Shown: piece by piece, positions 1 to 9,801 of the stretch
Layout: each line of letters opens with the position of its first letter
Numbering within the stretch: the stretch's first letter is position 1
Source of the DNA: Candidatus Woesearchaeota archaeon
GTDB taxonomy: Archaea > Nanobdellota > Nanobdellia > Woesearchaeales > UBA9642
Reading direction: 5' to 3'
Length of the DNA stretch: 64,000 nucleotides
Assembly (NCBI GenBank): GCA_016928115.1
Contig: JAFGLI010000022.1
Location: 560-64,559 of the forward strand
Notes under the pieces: model-generated
Seen by the model: the letters and a program-made list of their open reading frames with translations, nothing else
What the model was told of the DNA's origin: nothing
Databases searched by the model: none
Translations under genes and position numbers: made by a program

Positions 1-22
1 AAAAGCACTCGGCATCGATGAA

Positions 23-2797
23 ATGCTAAATGCTTATATTATACAGGGAGGAGTGATGCCCCAGATTATGTCATTTTATGGAAAATTAAAGAAAAACAGG
101 GCAAGAATGGCAGGCATCTATAAAGGTAAAGGCAAGGACCAGGAATCTGCTGAGGATGAAGCAAGGAAATTTAAGTCACTTATTGAATCTGCAACAAAAA
201 AGAAAATAAACCGCAAAATGGTAAAAACCATAGATGAAAAGATTATCGGAACCATTAATTCAGTTCCTGAAGCAGCAAGAAGCGTTCCTCATGAAGCAGC
301 GCATTTGGTTTACAATATTCCAAGCAACATCCCAATATTCTTCCAGGAAAGCTATAATGACCGTTTCAACAAAGATGAAATTGAAGATATATTACTAAAA
401 AGATATAACCTTGCTATGAAAGAAGCAGAAAAAGCAGAAGGCCAATTGCCTGGATTAGAAGATAAATTAGCAAATGTCAAAGAAAACATAGCTCATTATT
501 CCCTGGACGTATTTATGGGAAATTATATAATCAACTATTTCAACGGAAAGAAAAGCGAGGATATCCCAAAAGGAAAAGAATTAAGAGAGTATATCAAAAA
601 TAATATCTTTCCTGAAGAAAAAGAAGAAAAAATAAAGAAATCATTTAAAAAATTATTTCTTAAGAATTTCGGAAAAGAAGATGAATTCGAAAGATGCTAT
701 GAAGAGGCTTTACTTAGATATGTTTTCAGTAACTCAATATCAAATATAGATAACATTAAAGAGCGTTTTATAAGGGATGAGCATAATAAAAAAGATAATC
801 TTGAGAAAAAACCTACCTTAGAAAACAGAATCGCAGAATATCAGAAACTTATTGAAACTATGGCTGTGGAAGAATCAGAAAGAATTGCTTGGTTTACTAA
901 AAGATATGCCCTCAATAATTCAGATGCTAAAATTATCAGCTATACTTCCAAGCAGGACTATAAGCTTAATTATACGGATATAATATTCCCAAAATTAGAA
1001 GAACTGGTCGGAAGAAAGCTTAACCTGCACCATATAAGCGACCTTGACATTTCTGTCTATATTCCTGACCCAGGCCAGTTATATGGTATGAATGAATATC
1101 CTAATTCAAAGTTATATGGAACAATAATAAGCCTGGTTCCAAGTACAAATATATTTTCTGCAAATTCCAATGAGCCTCTTCAAAATTCTTTAATTCAATT
1201 ACAGAAAAAACATGAAGGCTCAATTGCTGTAAGGATTAAAAACAACATCCAAAAGCCTAAAAAATGGGTTAATGATGAATGTAAATACAGCACAAAAGCT
1301 TTTTCTGACTTATTGATAACGAGCTGGGGTGCAGAGGGCCTGCATTTTATGCCTAAACTGGTTGTTGCACCAACAAGAATAAAGGGAGAATATAGGGATG
1401 AGATTGAAACTGCAGTTTATATGAAGCTGCCTACAAGGCATGACACTAAAAAACTAGCCATATTGTCTAAAAAAGGAAATGTTGGGACATGGGAAGTAAA
1501 AAGGCTCCATAAAGGAGGACCCACAACAGGAAATGCTTATTTTATAGAACATGCTGACAGGAGCAAGGAAGGTATTTTTGTTGATGATTGTGTATATGAA
1601 GAAATAGCAGATAAATACAGTGAAAAACTTAAAAAATATGAAGGAAAATTATCAAGAGCCAAAACAAGAAAAACAAAGAAAAAATGGAAAGACAAGATTG
1701 AGGATGTATATAAAAACATAAAGACTGAATATGGTGAATTATATAATATATTGATGAGCAATGACCATCATTTCGGTGCTTATAATTATCCGGGAAGGCC
1801 AACCAATGTGGACTGCACCAGGTCAACTCACCAGGTGGCTTTGCAAACATACGGCCTTGGACTAATAGATGTTGTTGCAGGGACAGAATTTCTGCATGGT
1901 ATTCTTGCATATGGCGGCTATGACTCTAAGATGGAAGGAAAGCTTGAAGACCCTGAAAGCTTCAGGTCAAATCTTGAAGCATTGATAAAGGGGATGGAAA
2001 ATAAGGGTTATCCCAGAACAAAAATAATAGAAACTGTTGAAAAACATGTAAATGAAAAAATGAATTCTAAAGCCACTTTTAGATTAAGTGAGCAAATAAG
2101 CATGTTTAAGACTGTTTTAAAAGACATGTTTACAGAAATGATGGATAATAATATTCCTGTAAAGATAGGCTCGGGAAACCATTGGGATCAGTCTGTTTAC
2201 GGATTGGATGAAGCAGACCTTCTTGTAGAATTATTTGATGATAAATATAAAAAAATGGGATTGATTGAAGCTATACGGGCAGATGGTGAATCCTACACAA
2301 TTGATAGTATAAAACTGCCAAGTAAAGAAGGAACTAAAATAAACGCCATACTTGGACATAAAATGTGGTCCGGAAGCACAGAAATATCCAATCTTTCCAA
2401 GCAGGCCCTTGGTAATAAAGAAAATGCAACAATCTATCTTACAGCAGACAGGCATCATCCGGGAATGGTTGTTGAAAAAGAAAAACTGTATGTGCTTGAC
2501 TGTGGAAAACAAACATTTATACCTTATGTTCTTCAGATAGGAAAAGCAAGCTCTGTAAGAGGAACTACTGTGGTTGGATATAACCCAAACAGAAAACCAA
2601 TATATTCAATGAGGTTCTTTCTGGATAGTGTTGTTGACAGAGTAATAGGATGGAAAAACAAATCAGAGATACTTGGAGGAACTCAGGGAATAATATCAGA
2701 AGAACTTATAAAGGTTTACGGGAAAAAACCAGAAGACCTTTACCACAAAAGGGGCAACGGCAACAATAACGGAAATAATATAAAAACCATGATTTAA
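23..2797 (+). CDS. Large hypothetical protein with a helical/coiled-coil N-terminus and a C-terminal calcineurin-like metallophosphoesterase domain (may start before the window)
   Basis: 924-aa ORF; ordered motifs SNDHHFG, GSGNHW, GHK, ADRHH in the C-terminal third. Confidence 0.55.
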   Translation: MLNAYIIQGGVMPQIMSFYGKLKKNRARMAGIYKGKGKDQESAEDEARKFKSLIESATKKKINRKMVKTIDEKIIGTINSVPEAARSVPHEAAHLVYNIPSNIPIFFQESYNDRFNKDEIEDILLKRYNLAMKEAEKAEGQLPGLEDKLANVKENIAHYSLDVFMGNYIINYFNGKKSEDIPKGKELREYIKNNIFPEEKEEKIKKSFKKLFLKNFGKEDEFERCYEEALLRYVFSNSISNIDNIKERFIRDEHNKKDNLEKKPTLENRIAEYQKLIETMAVEESERIAWFTKRYALNNSDAKIISYTSKQDYKLNYTDIIFPKLEELVGRKLNLHHISDLDISVYIPDPGQLYGMNEYPNSKLYGTIISLVPSTNIFSANSNEPLQNSLIQLQKKHEGSIAVRIKNNIQKPKKWVNDECKYSTKAFSDLLITSWGAEGLHFMPKLVVAPTRIKGEYRDEIETAVYMKLPTRHDTKKLAILSKKGNVGTWEVKRLHKGGPTTGNAYFIEHADRSKEGIFVDDCVYEEIADKYSEKLKKYEGKLSRAKTRKTKKKWKDKIEDVYKNIKTEYGELYNILMSNDHHFGAYNYPGRPTNVDCTRSTHQVALQTYGLGLIDVVAGTEFLHGILAYGGYDSKMEGKLEDPESFRSNLEALIKGMENKGYPRTKIIETVEKHVNEKMNSKATFRLSEQISMFKTVLKDMFTEMMDNNIPVKIGSGNHWDQSVYGLDEADLLVELFDDKYKKMGLIEAIRADGESYTIDSIKLPSKEGTKINAILGHKMWSGSTEISNLSKQALGNKENATIYLTADRHHPGMVVEKEKLYVLDCGKQTFIPYVLQIGKASSVRGTTVVGYNPNRKPIYSMRFFLDSVVDRVIGWKNKSEILGGTQGIISEELIKVYGKKPEDLYHKRGNGNNNGNNIKTMI

Positions 2798-2890
2798 TTT
2801 TTCTTATTTTATTTTTATCCTAATTTAATTTTTAAAGAATATTTTGCAATATAGAAAAATATTTAAAAATTCATATTATTAAAAGAAAAA

Positions 2891-3223
2891 ATGAAAAAAA
2901 GAGGAAGGCCTCTGGGCTCGGAAATAAGGCAGAATATTATTGAGATAGTTTATTTTATGAAAAAAGCCTACGGCTATGAAATATACAAAGAATATAATCA
3001 AATATTTCCTAAAATAAGCATGAGGTCAATCTATTATAATTTAAAAAAAGGAACTGAAACAGACGAGTTCATAATCAATAAAATAAAAACAAAAAAAGGA
3101 GATTATTCATGGGGCAGGGAATCTGAGGTAATCCAGTACAAATTAGGAAAAAATGCAATGCCTAAAATCCCTGATAATGTTAAAAAGCATTTCAATAAAA
3201 AAGAGGAAAAGGAGTTGCATTGA
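2891..3223 (+). CDS. Small winged-helix (PadR-like) DNA-binding protein with an N-terminal RGRP motif
   Basis: YGYEIY...SIYYNLKKG wHTH pattern; TATA-like TTTAAAA upstream; stop codon lies inside repeat copy 1. Confidence 0.6.
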   Translation: MKKRGRPLGSEIRQNIIEIVYFMKKAYGYEIYKEYNQIFPKISMRSIYYNLKKGTETDEFIINKIKTKKGDYSWGRESEVIQYKLGKNAMPKIPDNVKKHFNKKEEKELH

Positions 3224-3354
3224 AAAAATCCTACTACGCTCATCACAACCCCACACTTTGTATGGGAACGTGGTAAGCTAAGTCTGGCCATGCCATGATT
3301 GCCAAAAAACAATCAATGACATTCACGGCACAGACGCACTTTTTCAATGCAACT
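3213..3354 (-). repeat. Structured dispersed element, copy 1 (MITE-like or ncRNA)
   Basis: 15-bp perfect terminal inverted repeat AGTTGCATTGAAAAA/TTTTTCAATGCAACT; two internal hairpins; homologous to 18920-19063. Confidence 0.9.
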
Positions 3355-3411
3355 GAGGAAAAAGAAAACATTAATAAATGAAATAAGATAACAAAAAACA
3401 GGGTATTTAAA

Positions 3412-4038
3412 ATGATTGAAAAGATAAAAAAACTGCTGAACAATCCTGATAAATTCTTCGATAAATTAGTAAAAGAAAATGATATTGTAGAGCATCTTAA
3501 ATTTTACTTAATATTGGCTGCTTTTTATACATTCTTTTTCGGCATTTATTATGCAGGAGATATAACTGAAACCACAGTTTCTATGGGATTTTTAATAATA
3601 AGTATTGTATTGATGATGGTTTTCATATATATTATGAATACTGCATGGATTTTCATAAACTCAGCCATATTTTACTTATTCCTCTTGTTATTCCAGCCCA
3701 AAGGAAACTACCAGAAAACATTCAACGTTTTTGTCTATTCATATGTCCCTGTACTGGTGTTCTTTCCGTTTATATTTATAATAGGCATTTTAACAATGTT
3801 AATCCCGCAAACCACAATAGTGATGATTATAGATATTGTTTTGGTATTAATAATGCTGGGAATATTGATATACACAATATACCTTAACCTGCTGGGGCAG
3901 AGCAAGGCGCATAAAATAGAGAAATGGAAGGTTTTTGTTGCAGGCTATGTAATACCTTTTGTTATTTTCTTTGTCCTTGCATTATTACTGACTTTTTTTA
4001 TTATAGGTCTAAGCAGCTTATTTTCAACAGCAATATAA
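3412..4038 (+). CDS. Yip1-family multi-pass membrane protein
   Basis: About 5 TM segments; NPxxFF at the N-terminus and GxYxxTFxVxxYS motif. Confidence 0.7.
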   Translation: MIEKIKKLLNNPDKFFDKLVKENDIVEHLKFYLILAAFYTFFFGIYYAGDITETTVSMGFLIISIVLMMVFIYIMNTAWIFINSAIFYLFLLLFQPKGNYQKTFNVFVYSYVPVLVFFPFIFIIGILTMLIPQTTIVMIIDIVLVLIMLGILIYTIYLNLLGQSKAHKIEKWKVFVAGYVIPFVIFFVLALLLTFFIIGLSSLFSTAI

Positions 4039-4051
4039 AGGTGAACTACTA

Positions 4052-5524
4052 ATGGAAGAAACAGAAAAACTCTTGCAGTTTTTGCAAAAAGAAGGTTTCA
4101 TATGGGGACCTGAGCCTGAAATCTATGGAGGAAAAGCAGGTTTTTACACCTATGCGCCCATGGGAAAATTATTGAAAAATAATGTTGAAAATTACATAAG
4201 AAAACACTTTCAGGAGGAAAATTTCTGGGAAGTGGAATGCCCAACAATAATGCCTAAAATAGTGTGGAAAGCATCAGGCCATTTAGACAGCTTCACAGAT
4301 AAAGTCGTGGAATGCAAAAACTGCAGCTCAAGCTTCAAGGCTGATGAGTTTGTGGATGAGATAAATGTAAAAGACCTTAAAAAATTCTTTAAGGAAAAAA
4401 AGATAAAATGCCCTAACTGCGGCTCTGTCTTAAGCCCTGACTTAAAAGAGCATAATCTGATGATGAAAACAACCATAGGCTTAGATGAAGAAGCATATTT
4501 CAGGCCTGAAACAGCCACAACAACATACCTTCCATTCAAAAGGTATTACGAGCATTTCAGGAAAAAATTACCATTCGGAGTATTTCAGATAGGAAAAGCC
4601 TACAGGAATGAGATAAGCCCGAGAAAATCCCTGATAAGGCTCAGAGAGTTTATACAGGCAGAAGCCCAGATGTTTATATTTGAAAAACAGAAAAACTCAT
4701 TTAAAAAATATGAGAAATACAAGAACCTTAAGATTCCTTTGCTGCCTGAAGAAGCCCAGGGCAAAAAAGAGCAGGCAAAGAAGATAACCTTAAACGAGGC
4801 TTTGAAGAAAAAACATTTCAAGAGCAAAGCCTATGCTTATGCAATAGCCTTAACCTATGAATTATTTAAAGGGTTAGGCATTGAGGAAAAGAACATAAGG
4901 TTCAGGGAGCATCCATCGGCAGAAAAGATATTCTACGCATATGAAGCATGGGATTTAGAGGTTAAGCTCAATACATTCGGATGGACAGAGATGGTGGGAG
5001 TGCATGACAGGACTGATTATGACTTAAAGCAGCACCAGAAATTCTCAAACCAGCCAATGTCTGTATTTAATATTGAAAATAATGAAAAAGAAATACCTAA
5101 TATAATTGAGATAGCATTCGGCTGCGACAGGCCCATATATGCACTGTTTGACCTGTTTTATGATGTGAAAAGCAGGGAAAAGGGTAAAACTATATTTAAG
5201 GTTCCTGTTCATCTATCACCTGTTAAAATAGCTGTCCTGCCTTTGGTAAACAAAGATAAGATTCCTGAAATGGCTGAAAGCATCTATAAAGAACTGAATG
5301 AAAACACAGACTTAACAGTAAGTTATGATGACACTGCATCAATAGGAAAAAGATATCTAAGGCAGACAATGAAAGGGACTGCCTTATGCTTAACAGTTGA
5401 TTATGACTCACTGAAAGACAAAACAGTTACTTTAAGGGAAAGAGATACAGGAAAGCAGATAAGAGTAAAAAGAAAAGATATTATTGAAAAGGTTAATTTA
5501 TTCTTAAAGAAAGGGAAGTTTTAA
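4052..5524 (+). CDS. glyS: Glycine--tRNA ligase (archaeal/eukaryotic type)
   Basis: RPETA, QIGKAYRNEISPR, REFIQAE, IEIAFGCDR; C-terminal anticodon-binding domain. Confidence 0.95.
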   Translation: MEETEKLLQFLQKEGFIWGPEPEIYGGKAGFYTYAPMGKLLKNNVENYIRKHFQEENFWEVECPTIMPKIVWKASGHLDSFTDKVVECKNCSSSFKADEFVDEINVKDLKKFFKEKKIKCPNCGSVLSPDLKEHNLMMKTTIGLDEEAYFRPETATTTYLPFKRYYEHFRKKLPFGVFQIGKAYRNEISPRKSLIRLREFIQAEAQMFIFEKQKNSFKKYEKYKNLKIPLLPEEAQGKKEQAKKITLNEALKKKHFKSKAYAYAIALTYELFKGLGIEEKNIRFREHPSAEKIFYAYEAWDLEVKLNTFGWTEMVGVHDRTDYDLKQHQKFSNQPMSVFNIENNEKEIPNIIEIAFGCDRPIYALFDLFYDVKSREKGKTIFKVPVHLSPVKIAVLPLVNKDKIPEMAESIYKELNENTDLTVSYDDTASIGKRYLRQTMKGTALCLTVDYDSLKDKTVTLRERDTGKQIRVKRKDIIEKVNLFLKKGKF

Positions 5525-6586
5525 TTATTTTAAATATCCTAATTTTTCTGAAGCTATTATAAACATTGAATGGCTCCAGCATAAAGGAGAAACAGATTCC
5601 TGAATATTATTATCAAATAACTGCTCTGGAATATATTTTTCAAATTTTCTAATATATTTTTCAAATATTTTTTTAGATTCTTCTTTTTGCCCTATTTCTG
5701 AAAGTGCAATTATATACCAAAAAGTTAAAATGGGCCAGCCTCCTCCTCCTTTCTTGCAATAAGACAAGTTTTCCACTCTTCCCCCGTATTCATCATTTTC
5801 ATATCTTTTTATTCCCTGCTCGGTTAAAAGTTTCTTTTTTACGATTTCTATAGAATTAAGAAGTTTTTTGTCTTTTTTTAATATATTAAAAGGCCAGACT
5901 AATCCTAAAACACTTGCATCAATTCTCTTATCTGGTATTTTTCCCCATAACCTGCAGTAGTAATCACCTTTAAATTCTTCAAGAGTTTTTTTCATTTCTT
6001 GACTAACTTTAAGCCATTTATTATCTCCTAATTTTTCATATGCTTTTTTTAAACCAAAACTACATGCTGCTAAGGTATAACTAAAGTTATCCTCTAAACT
6101 TGGAAATGTTCTTCTTTCTTCCCATAAATCATAAGTGTCTATGTTAAAATGTTTGCCCCCCCAGTTTTTACAAATACCATCTGCTAAAAGTTTAATGACT
6201 TCTTTGGTTTCTTTATTTAAATTTTCATTTGTTTTTGTTAATACCCATAACAAAGCTCCTGCCTGATCAGGTTGGTATTGACTTGCTCCCATATTTCTCC
6301 TTCCATGTGTGTCATATCTCTGAAAAAGCATGCCACTTTCTGAGAAATGTTCTGCTCTTGTTATAAGCCATTTAAGAAATAATTCTTTAATATTTTTTAT
6401 TCCTAATAATTCAGAAGCACATATTGTAAAAGATGCATCTCTCGGCCATACAAATCTATAATTAGTTACAGTTTTTGGATAATATGGTTTATCAGTATCA
6501 GCAGCTATAATAGCACCATTTTCTAAACTGCAATTTTTTATTACTTCTTTGCTTGTTTTTAATAAATTCTTTATTTTTTCTTCCAT
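5525..6586 (-). CDS. GH15 glucoamylase-like glycoside hydrolase
   Basis: YRFVWPRD, QPDQ, DLWEE, IDAS, PEQ, PLCWSH motifs. Confidence 0.85.
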   Translation of the reverse strand: MEEKIKNLLKTSKEVIKNCSLENGAIIAADTDKPYYPKTVTNYRFVWPRDASFTICASELLGIKNIKELFLKWLITRAEHFSESGMLFQRYDTHGRRNMGASQYQPDQAGALLWVLTKTNENLNKETKEVIKLLADGICKNWGGKHFNIDTYDLWEERRTFPSLEDNFSYTLAACSFGLKKAYEKLGDNKWLKVSQEMKKTLEEFKGDYYCRLWGKIPDKRIDASVLGLVWPFNILKKDKKLLNSIEIVKKKLLTEQGIKRYENDEYGGRVENLSYCKKGGGGWPILTFWYIIALSEIGQKEESKKIFEKYIRKFEKYIPEQLFDNNIQESVSPLCWSHSMFIIASEKLGYLK

Positions 6587-6661
6587 TATAATTATATATT
6601 AGAAATATAACTAATATTTAAATATTAACCAATAAGAATAAAATATATTAAAAGTTTCCAA

Positions 6662-6677
6662 CGAAAGATTTAAATAA
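6662..6677 (+). promoter_or_regulatory. Archaeal BRE-TATA promoter of korA
   Basis: CGAAAGATTTAAATA upstream of the ATG at 6723; the same 15-mer recurs at about 9763. Confidence 0.6.
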
Positions 6678-6722
6678 TAAATGTAAATTTCTTATATTCA
6701 TATAAAAAGAGGTTTATTTTTA

Positions 6723-8372
6723 ATGAAAATAAATATTCTTATAGGAGGAAAAGCAGGCCAAGGTGCAAATGCAGCTGCTATTCTTTTAGGGGAAATATTA
6801 ACAGAATACGGCTATTATGTCTTTAATTACAGGGACTACCCTTCTTTAATAAGGGGAGGAAATAATTTCAATATTGTTGCTGTTTCCAACAGGAAGATAA
6901 AATCCCACGACAAAAAGGTTCAGCTAATTGTGGCTCTGGATGAGAATACAATAAAAGAGCATAAGACAGGAGTAAACAAAAACACACCTGTAATAAGCAT
7001 AAAAGATGTTTATATGGATGATAAATTCAAGAAAGTCTCAAATGTTTTTATTTTAGGGTTACTTCTTAAATTTCTGGATTTGCCTTTGGATTTACTGATA
7101 AAAAAACTTGAGGAAATATTTAAAGGAAAAAAATTCCTGCCTCTGGACAAAGAAGCAGCAGAATCAGGTTATAATGCTGACATGAAAAAGCTTAAGCTCA
7201 CAAAATCAGAGATAAACAGGCTTGACATAAGGGCTAAATTAAGAAAGCCTGCTCATAAAAATCTCAGGCTTCTTTCAGGGAGCGATGCCATTGCAAAAGG
7301 TGCCATAAAATCAGGGATTGACATTTACCTTGCTTACCCAATGACTCCGGCAACACCTGTTTTACATTTACTTGCAGGAAGACAGGAAAAAGATAATATA
7401 ACTGTATTCCTGGCTGAAAACGAGATAGCTGTGGCAAATGCAGCTTTGGGCTCATCACATACAGGAGCAAGAACGATGGTAGGAACCTCAGGCGGTGGTT
7501 ATGATTTAATGACAGAAGCAATGAGCATGCAGGGAATCTCAGAGATTCCTTTGGTTGTATACTTAGCGCAAAGGCCAGGCCCTGGCTCAGGGGTACCTAC
7601 ATATACAGGACAGGGTGATTTGAATATCGCGTTAAATGCAAGCCATGGTGAATTTCCAAGAGTTGTTATTGCGCCCGGGGATGTGGAAGAATCCATAAAA
7701 TGCACAAACGAGGCCTTTTATTTTGCTGAAAAATACAGGGCTTTATCAATATTGCTTGGGGATAAGCATGTTTCAGAATCCCAGTTTACATATGAAAAAG
7801 AGCCGAAACTGATAAAAGTCAAAAGGAACATAGACCTAAAAAAAGTAAACGGGCTTTACAAAAACTATGATTTCACAAAAAACGGTAACAGCAAAAGAAG
7901 TGTTCCTTCTGTAAATATTGTTAAGTCAACAAGCTATGAGCATGATGAAAAAGGGATTACAATAGAGGATGCTAATATGGCTAAAAAGATGTATGATAAA
8001 AGGCTGAGAAAAGAAGAAACTATGAAAAAAGAAGTCAAAAAATTCCAGACATACAAGATTCACGGCAGAAAAACCAGCAAAAACCTCATTGTGGGCTGGG
8101 GCTCAACCAAGGGAGCAATAATAGATGCTATTCATGACATGGATGCAAAATTTTTACAATTAATATACATAAAGCCATTTCCAAAGGAAGTCAGAAAATA
8201 CCTGGAAAATGCAAAAAAGGTTATTCTGGTTGAGAATAATGCAACAGGTTTGCTTAGCCAGGAAATAAGAAAGGAAACAGGCTTTGAGATTAAGGATAAA
8301 ATACTAAGATATGACGGAAGGCCCTTTGAAGAAGATATTTTAAGAGAGGAAATCAAGAAAAAATTAATTTAA
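6723..8372 (+). CDS. korA: 2-oxoacid:ferredoxin oxidoreductase alpha subunit (gamma-alpha fusion)
   Basis: GGKAGQG, YPSLIRGG, YPMTPAT, ENEIA, TSGGG, QRPGP. Confidence 0.93.
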   Translation: MKINILIGGKAGQGANAAAILLGEILTEYGYYVFNYRDYPSLIRGGNNFNIVAVSNRKIKSHDKKVQLIVALDENTIKEHKTGVNKNTPVISIKDVYMDDKFKKVSNVFILGLLLKFLDLPLDLLIKKLEEIFKGKKFLPLDKEAAESGYNADMKKLKLTKSEINRLDIRAKLRKPAHKNLRLLSGSDAIAKGAIKSGIDIYLAYPMTPATPVLHLLAGRQEKDNITVFLAENEIAVANAALGSSHTGARTMVGTSGGGYDLMTEAMSMQGISEIPLVVYLAQRPGPGSGVPTYTGQGDLNIALNASHGEFPRVVIAPGDVEESIKCTNEAFYFAEKYRALSILLGDKHVSESQFTYEKEPKLIKVKRNIDLKKVNGLYKNYDFTKNGNSKRSVPSVNIVKSTSYEHDEKGITIEDANMAKKMYDKRLRKEETMKKEVKKFQTYKIHGRKTSKNLIVGWGSTKGAIIDAIHDMDAKFLQLIYIKPFPKEVRKYLENAKKVILVENNATGLLSQEIRKETGFEIKDKILRYDGRPFEEDILREEIKKKLI

Positions 8373-8380
8373 GGTAAAAA

Positions 8381-8902
8381 ATGAAAAGATTATTTAATTT
8401 TTGGATTTTTGTTTTAATATTGGTTTTATTAATTTATCCATCTTTTGGAGCAGTAGGACCAAAAACTATGGAAATGAGATGCAATAGCACAGGTGGCACA
8501 TATGAGTACTCAGGGAGGATGTTTGGTGAATGTATTTGTCCTGGAAATACCAATGTTTTTGCTGGTTCGTGTTGGGTAATAACTCCTGAAGAAGTGTGTG
8601 AAGGATTAAGAGGAAGAGGGGGTAGAATAGGTGAAGGAATTTTTGATATAAGAGCTGTTACTGGTCCTCAAGGATCTGATTTTGAGTGTAAGAATAATTT
8701 TAAAGACATTACTGATTTAACATGGGATAAAGCAGTTAAATATAATGAAAACATTACAAGTCCTATTCAATTAAAAGAAAATATTAAAGAAGAACTAAGA
8801 AAAGAAAGAGGAATTCCTGATTTAACATATTTTATTTATGGATTAGGAATAATTTTAGTTATAGGTTTAATAATATTTTTTATCAAAAAAAAGAAGTCGT
8901 GA
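8381..8902 (+). CDS. Secreted Cys-containing protein with a C-terminal TM anchor, inserted between korA and korB
   Basis: Signal peptide, several Cys, C-terminal TM plus KKKKS tail; A/T-ending codons. Confidence 0.7.
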   Translation: MKRLFNFWIFVLILVLLIYPSFGAVGPKTMEMRCNSTGGTYEYSGRMFGECICPGNTNVFAGSCWVITPEEVCEGLRGRGGRIGEGIFDIRAVTGPQGSDFECKNNFKDITDLTWDKAVKYNENITSPIQLKENIKEELRKERGIPDLTYFIYGLGIILVIGLIIFFIKKKKS

Positions 8903-8906
8903 TAAA

Positions 8907-9761
8907 ATGGCAAAAAAACCAGAGCTTTCAACAAATGCAGCACCAACATGGTGCCCCGGATGTTATAATTTTTTCATATTAAAGGCAGTGCAGAATGTCC
9001 TTGAAAAAATGATAAAACAGGGTAAACTAAAACAGGAAAACATTGTCATGGCCACAGGAATAGGGTGCCATGCAAAGATATTTGATTACTTAAATGTGGG
9101 TGGAGTTTACTCATTACATGGAAGAACCATAGCTGCTGCCTTGGGAATGAAGCTGGGAAACCCAAACCTTACCGTCTTTGGCTTTGGAGGAGATGGTGAC
9201 ACTTATGATGAAGGTGTTTCCCATTTTGTTCATAACTGCAGGTATAATGCAGACATAAATATGATAGTACATAATAACCAGATTTTTGCTCTGACAACTG
9301 GCCAGGGAACAGCAACATCTGAAGAATATGCAGTAACAAAAGCCCAGCCCGAAGGATTAAAGATAAAACCCATGAACCCTATAGCAGTTGCTCTTGAACT
9401 AGGGGCAACATTTGTGGCAAGAGCCTTTGCCGGTGATATGGAGCATATGACAAAGATAATTGAAGAAGCTGTGAAACACAAAGGCTTTTCATTGATTGAT
9501 ATACTTCAGCCATGCCTTATTTTCCATAATAAATTAGAGTCAATGAACAAACAGTTCTATAAGCTTGAAGACAAAAAACATGACTTTAAAAACCTGGACC
9601 TGGCACTGAAAAAAGCAAGGGAATGGGATTATGAAGATGAAAAATCCGGGATTCCACTGGGCATATTCTATAAAGTAAGAGAGCCAACCCTGAATGAAAA
9701 ACTATCCAACCAGAAAAAGCTGATGGAAAAAGGCAAAGGATGGTTTCAGGTTAAGAGATAA
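8907..9761 (+). CDS. korB: 2-oxoacid:ferredoxin oxidoreductase beta subunit
   Basis: WCPGC, GIGC, LHGR, TPP motif GGDGD...NN, ILQPC. Confidence 0.93.
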   Translation: MAKKPELSTNAAPTWCPGCYNFFILKAVQNVLEKMIKQGKLKQENIVMATGIGCHAKIFDYLNVGGVYSLHGRTIAAALGMKLGNPNLTVFGFGGDGDTYDEGVSHFVHNCRYNADINMIVHNNQIFALTTGQGTATSEEYAVTKAQPEGLKIKPMNPIAVALELGATFVARAFAGDMEHMTKIIEEAVKHKGFSLIDILQPCLIFHNKLESMNKQFYKLEDKKHDFKNLDLALKKAREWDYEDEKSGIPLGIFYKVREPTLNEKLSNQKKLMEKGKGWFQVKR

Positions 9762-9801
9762 TCGAAAGATTTAAATATTCTAAGAAATATAGTTTTTTAA
9801 T

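Noticed and set aside
3236-3250. Hammerhead-like TGATGAG core on the minus strand of copy 1
   Set aside because: Copy 2 reads TGGTAAG at the same place, and the segment is part of a stem.
3213-3354. Element pair as a diversity-generating retroelement TR/VR
   Set aside because: Differences are not adenine-specific, several are compensatory, and there is no reverse transcriptase in the window.
3203-3362. GAGGAAAA on both flanks of copy 1 as a target-site duplication
   Set aside because: It is offset by 2 nt from the inverted repeat, low in complexity, and copy 2 has no equivalent.
3103-3443. Minus-strand ORFs 3103-3312 and 3243-3443, and 18625-18954, crossing the repeated element
   Set aside because: They overlap real genes, and indels between the two element copies do not preserve a reading frame.
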